The position numbers were made by a program, and so were the translations under genes. 64,000 nt of DNA from an uncultured bacterium. Lineage in GTDB: Bacteria > Babelota > Babeliae > Babelales > Babelaceae. The DNA lies in NCBI GenBank assembly GCA_963713855.1, contig OY970209.1, forward strand, positions 1,056,001-1,120,000, given 5' to 3'. Shown in pieces: positions 31,684 to 41,569 of this stretch; the first letter of the stretch is position 1; every line of letters starts with the position of its first letter. The notes under the pieces were generated by a model, which searched no databases, was not told where the DNA came from, and worked only from the letters and a program-made list of their open reading frames with translations.

Positions 31684-31825
31684 GGGTCTCCCGTTCGTCC
31701 TTTTTAGAAGGAGCGTGCCTGTCGCCCCATCTTTCGTGGGTGCTTTGGGGCAGGTTCTGGCTGAGGATTTGGTGAGTCTTTTTTCTTGTAGGAGCTTAGG
31801 TGATGGAGGCCCTTAGCGGGCCCCA
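31684..31825. other. GC-rich structured intergenic element (candidate ncRNA or leader, plus terminator hairpin)
   Basis: Nested complementary segments; see findings. Confidence 0.35.
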
Positions 31826-31845
31826 CGTGTGGTTTTTTGCGGTCT

Positions 31846-32757
31846 TTACGCGTTGTGAGGGTGCATTCTATAGGTTATTACCTGTGTTATTCGAGTGGAT
31901 ATTTGAGTGAGGGTATTGTATACGACAGTTGTGGGTATTCGTATGTATTGTGGCACATATACTATGTTTGGCGGAGTGGCCTTTTTTATATGTAGATAAA
32001 GGAGCAGGCTTGAAAGGAGTCCTAGGCCGACAGGTATAACTTGATAGCGATTGACTAATTCGGTAAATATCTGGGCTTTTGTTGGGGTAATAGTTTTAAG
32101 CCAGACCTCTGAGATCTCGCTCAGTGAAGTGATCCTATTTTTATTGTGGATATCTCTTAGGGCGTTATAAGCAAAGATGGCTTCTTTTTCTCTTTTAGGT
32201 GTGACCAATAATTCTAATGGGTCTACAAGTAGTTTGTCAATGAGCGCTTTTTGACCAGACATGGAATGAAGATCTAGTATTCTGTGTTGAGATTCTTTCC
32301 AAGTTAGATAGTCTTCATCCTCGAGCAATGCAAAAGCTACTTGTGGTATTTCTGGCTCTTTCTGTTCATCGTAGATATCCGATTGATCTTGTATGATGGT
32401 TCTTTCTAATAGTATGTAATAGAGGGCATGTAAAAATAGCTTGTTTCCATGAAATTTTATTTCGTGCGGCTTTAAGTTGGCGTCTTTGCCAAATAAAAAT
32501 CCCTCCGGGGCTAGACCGAAATTAAGTCTGTTATACGTAAAGACAGCTTTTTTATTAGCATCTATCTTTAGTTCGGAGAGATCAATGACTTCGTATAATA
32601 GTTCAATGACTTTTCTCTTGAGTTCAAGTTCATTGAGTTGTGGATGTTTTCGCTGTAGCTCTGCCTGGAAGAATTTAGTTTCACCGTACAATGAAGATAA
32701 GGACTTTGTTGGGCTGAGCATAAAGAGAAACAGAGTAAGAACAAGCATTTTTTTCAT
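31846..32757 (-). CDS. Hypothetical secreted protein with late TM helix
   Basis: MKKMLVLTLFLFML signal; VIPVGLGLLSSLLLYL TM. Confidence 0.75.
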   Translation of the reverse strand: MKKMLVLTLFLFMLSPTKSLSSLYGETKFFQAELQRKHPQLNELELKRKVIELLYEVIDLSELKIDANKKAVFTYNRLNFGLAPEGFLFGKDANLKPHEIKFHGNKLFLHALYYILLERTIIQDQSDIYDEQKEPEIPQVAFALLEDEDYLTWKESQHRILDLHSMSGQKALIDKLLVDPLELLVTPKREKEAIFAYNALRDIHNKNRITSLSEISEVWLKTITPTKAQIFTELVNRYQVIPVGLGLLSSLLLYLHIKKATPPNIVYVPQYIRIPTTVVYNTLTQISTRITQVITYRMHPHNA

Positions 32758-33007
32758 AAGTATTTCCCCGTATTATAGCTTATGTAACAAGTATACCATT
32801 TATTGAGGTTTTGTACGAGCGATCTTTTGAACCATTATCTTTAAAAAGCTTTATCTGGCGAGTTATATGGAAAGAATATTGATTGAAAATGCGGTCTGAT
32901 TGCTGCTCTGATTACCTAGTATTTTTGCGGGTGACAGACCTATACTTTTTATGGTAGTCTACCGGATGAGTTACATTCTCATCGTTTTTAAACGGATGGA
33001 GCTTATC

Positions 33008-33292
33008 ATGAAAGAACCAGTTAAGAAGCATCTTTCTTTCACCCCTCTACATCATGATATTTTCAAAAAACCCCTTAAACTACAAAAAGAGCTTAGAAAA
33101 AGCTCACGACGAATCCCTCATAAGATAGTTAACTTTAAGGCAGCGTATAAGAGCATGTTTGAAGCTACGGAGCATAAAACAAGCAGCGCTTATAGCGTAA
33201 AGCAGTGTCTACATAGTGCAGGCAAAGTGCTTTCAATTCTTAAAAGAGCTATCGGAAACCAATCAAAAGACATTATAAAAGAAGAGATCTAA
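33008..33292 (+). CDS. Small basic hypothetical protein
   Basis: RBS GGAG before ATG 33008; followed by a strong hairpin. Confidence 0.55.
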   Translation: MKEPVKKHLSFTPLHHDIFKKPLKLQKELRKSSRRIPHKIVNFKAAYKSMFEATEHKTSSAYSVKQCLHSAGKVLSILKRAIGNQSKDIIKEEI

Positions 33293-33297
33293 TTGCT

Positions 33298-33371
33298 TGA
33301 CAGAAGGGAGGTTTCCCTCCCTTCTGTCACAAGTTCTGGTTTTCTTGCCTGAGGACACTCAGGATTTTTTT
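33298..33371 (+). terminator. Tandem terminator hairpins
   Basis: TGACAGAAGGGAG-gtttcc-CTCCCTTCTGTCA, then CCTGAG-gaca-CTCAGG followed by a T-tract. Confidence 0.75.
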
Positions 33372-33494
33372 ATGTGGAAGTGGATACATCAAGCTTTCTC
33401 GAGTTGTTTGAAGATTTACTTTTTAGCAGTTTATAGTATAATGCTATTATGAATTTTGCCTGATATCAATTGTATTTATGTTACTAAGGAAACT

Positions 33495-33974
33495 ATGAAC
33501 AAACTACTCTATACCCTAACAATGCTTGTGGCTTTATGCCCAAGCTTACTTTCTGCTCAATACCTGACCTTATGGAATAAAAATGCACGCTATTATAAGC
33601 GCAGCATCGAATGTGGTTCTTATGAGCACCAAGAGCAATTAGAAACAGCCCTATCAGAGTTGATCGAGTTGATTGTTCATGGCAAACACTATACTTTTAA
33701 AAGGCTTGCAAGAAAATATGACAAGAAGCTTACGGATTTCTTTTTTAAGTTGAGTTCGATTTTGATCTTTCATAAGCTTTTTATAACTCCTGATAATAAG
33801 GTAAAGATGGAGACTCAACTAAAAATGAAGCTTGAATCACTCTTTGATCAAACAGTTGGCTGTACGGGATCAATTGAGTGGATTGATCGTATTCTTAAAA
33901 ACCTCGATGAAAGTAGAGAGGTTGCAACGACTGATGAGGATGAAACAACTCTTGATAGCATAGATATACTTTAA
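33495..33974 (+). CDS. Hypothetical secreted protein
   Basis: RBS AAGGA; signal MNKLLYTLTMLVALCPSLLSA. Confidence 0.75.
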   Translation: MNKLLYTLTMLVALCPSLLSAQYLTLWNKNARYYKRSIECGSYEHQEQLETALSELIELIVHGKHYTFKRLARKYDKKLTDFFFKLSSILIFHKLFITPDNKVKMETQLKMKLESLFDQTVGCTGSIEWIDRILKNLDESREVATTDEDETTLDSIDIL

Positions 33975-34103
33975 TTCTTTAGAGGCAGCGTAAAGCTGCC
34001 TCTTTCTTCTTTTCATACTTTTTCTCAATATATTCTTGACGCATGAGCATGTTTTTTGTATTTTTGATGGTAAAGGCATCAATTATTAAGAAAATATGAT
34101 GGT

Positions 34104-35246
34104 ATGTACAACAGAATTTTAAAATTACCACTTGATGGGCAGAGCAGTATTTTTTTGTTTGGCCCTCGAGGAACAGGCAAAACATCTTGGGTTAAGGCTC
34201 ATTTACCGGATGATCTTTACTTTGATTTTCTTGATTTTTCGATTTTTAGTGCGCTATCTGCAGATCCTAGCCGCTTAGGCAATCTTATACCCGAAGGGTA
34301 TAAGGGATGGGTCATCCTTGATGAAGTTCAACGTGTTCCCGCGATTCTAAATGAGGTCCATCGTCTTATAGAATCACGAAAGCTTCGCTTTTTACTTACA
34401 GGCTCAAGCGCACGCGGATTAAGGCGCAAGGGCGTTAATCTGCTTGCCGGTAGAGCGTTAACCTACTATATGCATCCTCTTGTGGTACAAGAAATAGGAA
34501 AAGATTTTGTTCTCGATCACGCTCTCACGTTTGGGCTGTTGCCGGTCGCTTTGCAGCACCCAGATCCTTCAAAGTACCTTGAAAGCTATGTACAGACTTA
34601 TGTTCGGGAAGAAGTATTGCAGGAGGGCCTTACCAGAAACATCGGCGCTTTTACGCGATTCTTGGAAATAGCAAGTTTTTCGCAAGCAAGTGTGCTTAAT
34701 TTTTCAGAAATTGCTCGAGAACTAAGGATTAACAGACTCGTTGTTGCTCACTATTTTGATATTTTGGAAGATTTATTGCTTGCAAAACGCATAAGTACTT
34801 TTACAAAGCGGGCAAAAAGGAAAATGGTAGCTCACCAAAAGTTTTATTTCTTCGACACGGGAATCTATCGGTTCTTGAGGCCTTCTGGTCCTCTAGATAC
34901 CTCCGAAGAAGGAGATGGAGCGGCGCTTGAGACGCTCTTCTTTCAATCGGTTGCGGCAATCAATGACTATTTTGATCTGGGATACAAGATTTATTTTTGG
35001 AGAACGTCAGCTGGCGCTGAAGTAGATTTTGTGCTGTACGGCCCGCGCGGCTTACATGCGTTTGAAATAAAACGCACCGCCCATATTTCTCCTAAAACTT
35101 TTAAAGGGCTTAAAGCATTTAAAGAGGATTATCCTGAAGCAAAACTTCATCTTCTTAACCTTTCAAAACACATCGAATATCATGGAGATGCAACAGCATA
35201 TCCCTTCACTCAAGCTCTCTATGCCTTGCCAGACATACTAAAATAG
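34104..35246 (+). CDS. AAA_14 + DUF4143 ATP-binding protein
   Basis: GPRGTGKT, ILDEVQRVP, LTGSSAR, LLAGRA, KFYFFDTG, YFWRTSAGAEVDFV..EIK. Confidence 0.93.
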   Translation: MYNRILKLPLDGQSSIFLFGPRGTGKTSWVKAHLPDDLYFDFLDFSIFSALSADPSRLGNLIPEGYKGWVILDEVQRVPAILNEVHRLIESRKLRFLLTGSSARGLRRKGVNLLAGRALTYYMHPLVVQEIGKDFVLDHALTFGLLPVALQHPDPSKYLESYVQTYVREEVLQEGLTRNIGAFTRFLEIASFSQASVLNFSEIARELRINRLVVAHYFDILEDLLLAKRISTFTKRAKRKMVAHQKFYFFDTGIYRFLRPSGPLDTSEEGDGAALETLFFQSVAAINDYFDLGYKIYFWRTSAGAEVDFVLYGPRGLHAFEIKRTAHISPKTFKGLKAFKEDYPEAKLHLLNLSKHIEYHGDATAYPFTQALYALPDILK

Positions 35247-35317
35247 CAAAAATCTTGCTATTTTGACCTGCATTTTATTACAATAAGAGTAGCTTTAGTC
35301 TAAAAAAGGAGATTAAC

Positions 35318-35461
35318 ATGACTGAAAAAAAGCAAGGTCACGCTAAAGAAGCGGAACACGAAAAGAAAGCGCAACAAGAGCCGAAGCCTAAGCATACCGA
35401 GGGCGGAAGCTGTGGTATTGGTTCCGAGGACCGCTCAAAAGGTTCATCCTGCGGTTGCTAA
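35318..35461 (+). CDS. 47-aa small protein ending SSCGC (below the ORF-track cutoff)
   Basis: RBS AAGGAG; MTEKKQGHAKEAEHEKKAQQEPKPKHTEGGSCGIGSEDRSKGSSCGC*; terminator follows. Confidence 0.8.
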   Translation: MTEKKQGHAKEAEHEKKAQQEPKPKHTEGGSCGIGSEDRSKGSSCGC

Positions 35462-35487
35462 AGCTTTCTCTAAAGCTTTAATTTTAT

Positions 35488-35517
35488 ACGGTCCCTCAAG
35501 CTGAGGGACCGTTTTTT
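35488..35517 (+). terminator. Intrinsic terminator
   Basis: ACGGTCCCTCA-agc-TGAGGGACCGT followed by a T-run. Confidence 0.85.
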
Positions 35518-36261
35518 CTATTTTTGCATGTTTTCAGGTAAGCCACCCCCAAAAATAGCCGGATAAGAATATGCATGAGGGTATGCGCTTTGAAACAGAG
35601 GTTGGGCTAGGTTTTGATTTATTTGAGGCAATGGCATTTGTATCGCTTGAATCGCTCTTGATTGCCTCAAGAGCTCATCTATCGCCCGTGCCCTAGTTAA
35701 TTTTTCAGGATCATTTTTGCTAGCTTCGATTGCATTTTTTGAACGTCTGAGTTCTTTCTTAGTAACTTCAGCCCCGCCTTTAAGAAGGTATTGAACCGTT
35801 TCAGGATTTAAGCTACTTATTGCGTTCATCAAAGGACTGACATTACCCTTGCATCGAGCGTTAGGGTCAATGTTAAAAAGAAGAAGCAGTTTTACAAGGG
35901 CAGGGTTATTGGTATTGTTTCGAGATGCAGCATAAAGCAAAGTCCTATTGCCTGGGGTTACTATTGCTCTAGGATCCTTGCCCGCCTCCACCATATATCT
36001 GAGTGCTCTGAGAATAATAGCATTGGCTTCTGTTCGTGTGGATGTTTCTGAAAGCTCCACCGCCTCTTCAATAGCTCTGAAAAGCAATGTGGTATCTTGT
36101 AAATTTGTAGCTAACAATGCTTCAATACGCTCCTCAAGCCTCTCGAGGTTTACAGCTTTGCCCAACAATGTAAGGTTTTTGCGCAATTTTATGCTGCCTT
36201 CCATGCCAAACGCAGGAAATGACAACACTAAGGCGACGGCAAGTAGTATTGTATAGATCAT
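35518..36261 (-). CDS. Secreted ankyrin-repeat protein
   Basis: RTLLYAA, IDPNAR, SPLMNAI..LLKGGAEV; signal then GME. Confidence 0.85.
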   Translation of the reverse strand: MIYTILLAVALVLSFPAFGMEGSIKLRKNLTLLGKAVNLERLEERIEALLATNLQDTTLLFRAIEEAVELSETSTRTEANAIILRALRYMVEAGKDPRAIVTPGNRTLLYAASRNNTNNPALVKLLLLFNIDPNARCKGNVSPLMNAISSLNPETVQYLLKGGAEVTKKELRRSKNAIEASKNDPEKLTRARAIDELLRQSRAIQAIQMPLPQINQNLAQPLFQSAYPHAYSYPAIFGGGLPENMQK

Positions 36262-36410
36262 AGTCTTTCTTTTTTCTTAAAGTAGTTTAAAAATGCTAAC
36301 AATGGCTTTTATCCATTATATACAAGGCTCAGGCCTTTGTCACAAATACGATACGAAAACTCATTTTTCGTGTATAATAGTTTTTGTGCGCAAAAAAATG
36401 GAGCAAATAA

Positions 36411-37466
36411 GTGAAGCGATTTTTTTATATAGGTTTTTTTATTGTGTTAGCACTTATGGGCAATACGGCATTTTCCTATCAGGTAACAAGAGCAGCCTTT
36501 GATCTGGGCTCAGGCAAGTTTAAAATGCTTGTTGCCCGTGTTGACACCGAAACGTCAACAGTTCAAGAAGTTCTTTACTCAGGCAGCGTTGAAGTTCGTC
36601 TTGCTGATGACTGGCGTGAAAATAAAGGCTCTTTAAGTGAAGTGGCTCAAAAGCGGGCCTTAAATGCGTTGGTTTTTTTAAAGGAAAAGGCATTGGAGCA
36701 CGCAGCTACTGAATTTAGCGCAGTCGCTACCGCTATTTTTAGAAAGGCCTCTAATGGACAAGCTCTTCTTGAAACACTCACCAAAACAACCGGCATTCCC
36801 GCGACCGTAATCTCTCAAAGGCAAGAAGGGCTTATAGGCTTTCATACGATGATGGTTGCTTATCAAGATGGGGCACGAGCAATCTCTTGGGATTCCGGCA
36901 ACGCAAGCTTTCAAATAGTTGCTGCTAGGAATAACGAGTACAAAGTGTATGAAGGTTCCTGGGGGAATGCTCTTGTCGTAAGTGCATTTATTGAAAAACT
37001 AAGAAAAGAGCCCTATTCAGTAGGCTACCCAGTAAATCCTGTAAGTACCGACGAGATTGAAAAGCTTGTCGCATTAATTCAAAGAAAGCTTTCTTTGCCC
37101 GACTGGTTAAAAGAAGAGATTTCAAGTGAAACGCTGGTTCGGGGTATAGGGGAAAACGAGTGCATATTCGCAGTTACGGCGCGAGCGCTCAATGCAACAA
37201 CTTATACCCAAGAAGAGGTACGCGATGCTCTTTTTGGTTTGGCCGGATATACAAACAGCGATGAGCTATTTAAAAGGCTTAATCCCACAAACCAAAGACT
37301 TGTTGTTACCCAAGTTGCACTTTTGTATGCCGTTATGTCTGCCTTTGGTATTAAAAAAGTATCTTATAAAAAGACCTCCGGCAGCAACCTTGGACTTCTT
37401 GTTACTCCTGAGTTTTGGCCTTTGCAGCATCCATCCCTTACAAAAGGCCAGAGCGTGATATTATAG
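36411..37466 (+). CDS. Ppx/GppA-like (ASKHA) phosphatase with signal peptide
   Basis: AAFDLGSGKFK, AVATAIFRKASNG, VISQRQEG, WDSGNASFQI. Confidence 0.88.
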   Translation: MKRFFYIGFFIVLALMGNTAFSYQVTRAAFDLGSGKFKMLVARVDTETSTVQEVLYSGSVEVRLADDWRENKGSLSEVAQKRALNALVFLKEKALEHAATEFSAVATAIFRKASNGQALLETLTKTTGIPATVISQRQEGLIGFHTMMVAYQDGARAISWDSGNASFQIVAARNNEYKVYEGSWGNALVVSAFIEKLRKEPYSVGYPVNPVSTDEIEKLVALIQRKLSLPDWLKEEISSETLVRGIGENECIFAVTARALNATTYTQEEVRDALFGLAGYTNSDELFKRLNPTNQRLVVTQVALLYAVMSAFGIKKVSYKKTSGSNLGLLVTPEFWPLQHPSLTKGQSVIL

Positions 37467-37473
37467 GATTCTT

Positions 37474-38127
37474 ATGTACTTTAAAAGCGCGCCTTTCGTA
37501 ATCTGCCTTATCGCCTTCGGGATACAAAATCCACCTGACGAAAATAGTAAACTGTATGAGCTTCTGGCGACATTGCATTACAAAAAACTGCCCTACGTTG
37601 ACGTTGAGCATACCACTCCCTTAGTGATCTGTTTTTCCGGGACACCCGGCATGGGAAAGACCTACCTTGCCAAGAAAATGGAGGAGGAGTATCAAGGTTT
37701 ACGCATCAGTACCGACGAAATCCGCGAACTATTAAAGGCTCAGGGTATTACAGTGAGAAATGAAAGCATTCTTGAAGAATATCTTCTCTATCTTTTAAAT
37801 AGCAACACCATCATCAATAAGATACTTATACTTGATTGCAGCATCGATAGAAGGGCTTCGAAGCTTTTTTCTTTTTTAAACGCCAAAAAAATACCCTATT
37901 TTGTTATCCGTATTGCTGCATCGCCTGAATGCGCTATAGAGCGCATCGCTCAACGTGAAAATGAAAACAGCGCTCATTATATTCGCTTTTTTTCTCGCTG
38001 GTATGAAGATTATGAATCTTTCTTAGAAACGCATACGCCCGATTGTACCATCGATAACGAAGTAAACGGTCCGGTAGCACTTGATGAGGCTTTTAAAGGC
38101 ATTAATGCGCTTCTAGGTAGAACCTAA
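37474..38127 (+). CDS. P-loop kinase (AAA_33-like)
   Basis: SGTPGMGKT, ISTDEIR, LILDCS, RIAQR. Confidence 0.8.
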   Translation: MYFKSAPFVICLIAFGIQNPPDENSKLYELLATLHYKKLPYVDVEHTTPLVICFSGTPGMGKTYLAKKMEEEYQGLRISTDEIRELLKAQGITVRNESILEEYLLYLLNSNTIINKILILDCSIDRRASKLFSFLNAKKIPYFVIRIAASPECAIERIAQRENENSAHYIRFFSRWYEDYESFLETHTPDCTIDNEVNGPVALDEAFKGINALLGRT

Positions 38128-38305
38128 AAAAGCTCACCCTCCCGTCAATCCACCCAAATATCTACTCCAACTTCACCAGGACGGTTCCTCTTGTTGCTTT
38201 GCTTGAGTAAATGAAGGCATTGGCAAGCTTTCACGAGGTGCCTCTGAAAGAAAGTGTTTTTTAAGCATCTCATCAATCAATTGGTAGCGTTTTTGCCGTT
38301 CACTA

Positions 38306-38947
38306 CTAGGTAGAACCAGAGGGTGTAAGCTGAGACAACATCGATTTGATCTTGGTAACTATCATGTCGATAGCTACTGTGTTTTCGGCACCTCTCGGAA
38401 TGATGATGTCTGCCCAGCGCTTACTTGGTTCAACAAATTCAAGGTGCATGGGTTGTACCGTAGTAAGATATTGATGCATGACCGAATCGACGGAATGCCC
38501 ACGCTCAACGATATCCCTCTTAATCCTACGTATAAGCCGCTCATCAGATGGCGTATCGACGAATATTTTGATGTTCATAAGCTGCCGTAATGCGGCTTCG
38601 GAAAAGATAAGTATACCGTCGATGATGATAATTTTTTTGGGCTCGATGGGAATGGTTTTTTGTAATCGGCGTTGGGTTATAAAATCGTAAACTGGTTGAT
38701 TGATTTTCCGCCCCTCCTTTAGGGCGATGATGTGTTCGATGAGAAATGAGGTTTCTAGAGAATCGGGGTGATCAAAGTTAAGGTCTTCTTTTTCAATACC
38801 TTTAAGTTCGCCACAGTCCTTATAATATGAATCGTGCTGAAGGACAACAACTTTTTCCTGTAAGCGCTCAACGATCTTATTGGTTACCGACGTTTTTCCA
38901 GACGCGCTACCTCCGGCAATACCTATCACAAGTGGCTTTGTTTCCAT
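38306..38947 (-). CDS. udk: Uridine kinase
   Basis: IGIAGGSASGKT, HDSYYKD, NFDHPDS, RRIKRDIVERG, FVEPSKRWADIIIP. Confidence 0.97.
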   Translation of the reverse strand: METKPLVIGIAGGSASGKTSVTNKIVERLQEKVVVLQHDSYYKDCGELKGIEKEDLNFDHPDSLETSFLIEHIIALKEGRKINQPVYDFITQRRLQKTIPIEPKKIIIIDGILIFSEAALRQLMNIKIFVDTPSDERLIRRIKRDIVERGHSVDSVMHQYLTTVQPMHLEFVEPSKRWADIIIPRGAENTVAIDMIVTKIKSMLSQLTPSGST

Positions 38948-39095
38948 GCAATCCTTATTCAAGTTCTTTTATAATAGTAGCACGTCCTATTTTACAGTCA
39001 ACGAATCGATTCTATATTGCACTATTGCTCGTATTTTCCTATTTTTATTGATTATTTAAATGGTATGGTAGTTTGTAATGTAAGGTAGTTTTTCG

Positions 39096-40037
39096 ATGAA
39101 AAGAGCACTTTTACTATTCCTAGCCGCGAGCATGCTCATGGCATTGTCTGTCCGAGCGATGGAGGAGAAATTCCCCCTACACGTTGCTGTTGCAAATAAT
39201 GATCAAAGCGAGATACTCTCCTTGCTTGAGAGAGGTTTTTTTATAAACCAAGTGGATAACTTGGGGCTTACTCCGCTTCAACACGCCTCAGTTACTCCAA
39301 ATGTAGAGCTTATTAAGTTTTTACTTGATCATGGTGCAGATGCCCGGCTACTTGACAATGAAGGTCATACCCCCTTATGGCAGGCATTATCGATTGAAGA
39401 TAACAATGCGGTAGTTTTACTGCTTTTAAAGCATGGAGCTTATCAAGTATATGAGGACAAAGATCAAAAAAGGCGCTTAGCAAATGTTTTTAAGGCAAAT
39501 AATCGGCTAAAAATGCTAATCGAGGGGGATAATAAAGCAATTAAAAGACAGCTTAATAGGTTAACTAAAAAAGAAGAAATAAAGTCCTTCCTGTACGAAT
39601 CATTTTTCTTATTTGTACATTACGATAATCGGGACATGATAGATTTTATTTTTCAACAACTTGCTGAGTATGTTGATCGGAACCAGATGCTCGATTTATT
39701 TCTAAGACTGGCTCAGATTGGTAACATTGAACTTTTAAAGAAATTTTTTTTAACGATTGGATTTAAGGATCCAGTGCTTGAAAAGGCTTTTTTAAAAGCT
39801 GTTGAAGCTCGCAAGAAAGAAACGATTGAATTTTTTTGCAGAACTGGAAGAATTCCTTTAGAGATGATACAAGAGGCTGCGCGCCAAAACGCGGACCTAG
39901 AACCCATTCTTCAAGAAAGTGAAAACCTCGCTCTAGAAGAGGGAAGTGAGGTTCAAACAGGGATAGATCCGCAAGGGCCACCAAACGATCTATCGCCCCG
40001 TCAGCTCGATCTTTCAAGGCATACATTCCTGATATAA
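39096..40037 (+). CDS. Secreted ankyrin-repeat protein
   Basis: PLHVAV, GLTPLQHA..LLDHGAD, GHTPLWQA..LLKHGA; signal then AME. Confidence 0.9.
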   Translation: MKRALLLFLAASMLMALSVRAMEEKFPLHVAVANNDQSEILSLLERGFFINQVDNLGLTPLQHASVTPNVELIKFLLDHGADARLLDNEGHTPLWQALSIEDNNAVVLLLLKHGAYQVYEDKDQKRRLANVFKANNRLKMLIEGDNKAIKRQLNRLTKKEEIKSFLYESFFLFVHYDNRDMIDFIFQQLAEYVDRNQMLDLFLRLAQIGNIELLKKFFLTIGFKDPVLEKAFLKAVEARKKETIEFFCRTGRIPLEMIQEAARQNADLEPILQESENLALEEGSEVQTGIDPQGPPNDLSPRQLDLSRHTFLI

Positions 40038-40131
40038 CGGTGAATTATAGCGTCATACATACAGGATGATAAAAGAAAAAGAGTCATGGATACTAAAAGA
40101 GCTGAAGGTTTTTACTCCAGCCCCAAAAGAC

Positions 40132-41379
40132 TTATTTCTTTTCTTCTGCATTATGCTTTTTGGTGAATATAGATCTCAAAAGATTAGTGGATACACGTCC
40201 TTTTTTACGCCTCATTGGCAGTGATATTGCTCTCTGGCGCGCCCTAGGCGTTAAAACTTCGTTTTGCGCGGGCACCGGAGTTTCTTGTTCATAAGGTTCA
40301 ACAGAAATTTCGGTAATACGCCTACCACCGGATGAATCTATTTGAGAAGATCTTAAAATGATTGTGGATGGCTCTGGAAGAGAAGTCGACAACACTATGG
40401 GCTCAAAAGAATCACCCCTGGAAGAGTGGGCATTTGCCTTTTCAAGTGCTGCAAAAATTTCCAAATAATGAGCCTTTAGATCTTTTGGTAATCCTTCAAG
40501 CTTTAAGATAACCTTTATCTGTTTTAATACCTTGGCTAAATCAACGGTATAGATACATTGTCGGCATCGTTCGATTATTAGATTAATAATGGACGCATTT
40601 TTACGTAAAACGGCACAGAAAAGCGCGTACTGGAACGTTTTACTCCAGGCATCATTTTTCATTTCGTCTTTATTTTTATTATATTTAAATAATAGTCTCA
40701 GTATGCTTTCATGTCCTGCGTAAGCCGTATTGATGAAAGCTTCTTCCATCGTTTCTGGCTGTATAAGGTTTCTGTGTGTTGTGAGAATTTTAAGGAGAAG
40801 CTTGAATTTACCTTGACCAGCAGCAAGGAGGAATAATTCTTGAATTTCTTCGGGCAAAACGGTGTAATCTCCTTCATTTAGCATGGCTGAAAGGAGAGAG
40901 TTGGTTCTTTGGCCAATTATTTTTCTAATTACCTCTTCATAACCAGAAGGAATTTGAGCTCCCCGAGTAAGGCAAAAGAGTACCCAGGTTCTTTGGTCTT
41001 CTAGCTTTAGGTCGCCATTCACAAGAATTTGTTGTAGTGCATAATTTAAGTCTGCTCCATAGTTAACAAAAATCATTGCCACTGGCAGGTTAAGTCGACT
41101 ATTGAACCATAACATCTTCTTGGCTAATTCCTCCCCACTATGATACCTTTCCAGGCATAATTGCCTTACGGCTTCTTCCATTTCCTCTTGCAAGGTATTC
41201 TCAAGAAAAGACACAGAATATGAAGCCGATAAACTATAATGACTTGGAAGGGGCGTGTCTAACGGAGCAATAATGCCCATTTCTGCAATTTCTGCGGGCT
41301 GGCCCTCCATGCCCTTCAGTGCACTCTCCTTATGCATAAAAAATGCAATAAGAAGCATGCAACCTATTTTCTTAACCAT
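40132..41379 (-). CDS. Secreted protein with degenerate ankyrin-like repeats
   Basis: YGADLN, LFLLAAGQGK, AFINTAYAGH; signal then GME. Confidence 0.7.
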   Translation of the reverse strand: MVKKIGCMLLIAFFMHKESALKGMEGQPAEIAEMGIIAPLDTPLPSHYSLSASYSVSFLENTLQEEMEEAVRQLCLERYHSGEELAKKMLWFNSRLNLPVAMIFVNYGADLNYALQQILVNGDLKLEDQRTWVLFCLTRGAQIPSGYEEVIRKIIGQRTNSLLSAMLNEGDYTVLPEEIQELFLLAAGQGKFKLLLKILTTHRNLIQPETMEEAFINTAYAGHESILRLLFKYNKNKDEMKNDAWSKTFQYALFCAVLRKNASIINLIIERCRQCIYTVDLAKVLKQIKVILKLEGLPKDLKAHYLEIFAALEKANAHSSRGDSFEPIVLSTSLPEPSTIILRSSQIDSSGGRRITEISVEPYEQETPVPAQNEVLTPRARQRAISLPMRRKKGRVSTNLLRSIFTKKHNAEEKK

Positions 41380-41512
41380 CTGACTCCTTACAAGTTTTTA
41401 ATAGCGAATATAAAGTTTAGATTAAACTAAATAATAGCATATATGAAAATTATCATTTAGGCAAAAAAGGGGCTTTGCAACTCTAGCATTTAAGGCTTAT
41501 TTTGCCTAAAAT

Positions 41513-41540
41513 TTGACATGTAAATAACAAATTGTATATT
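41513..41540 (+). promoter_or_regulatory. Putative sigma70 promoter
   Basis: TTGACA-16 nt-TATATT upstream of 41570. Confidence 0.45.
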
Positions 41541-41569
41541 AAAATTATTATTGTTATTTTTGGGGTATC

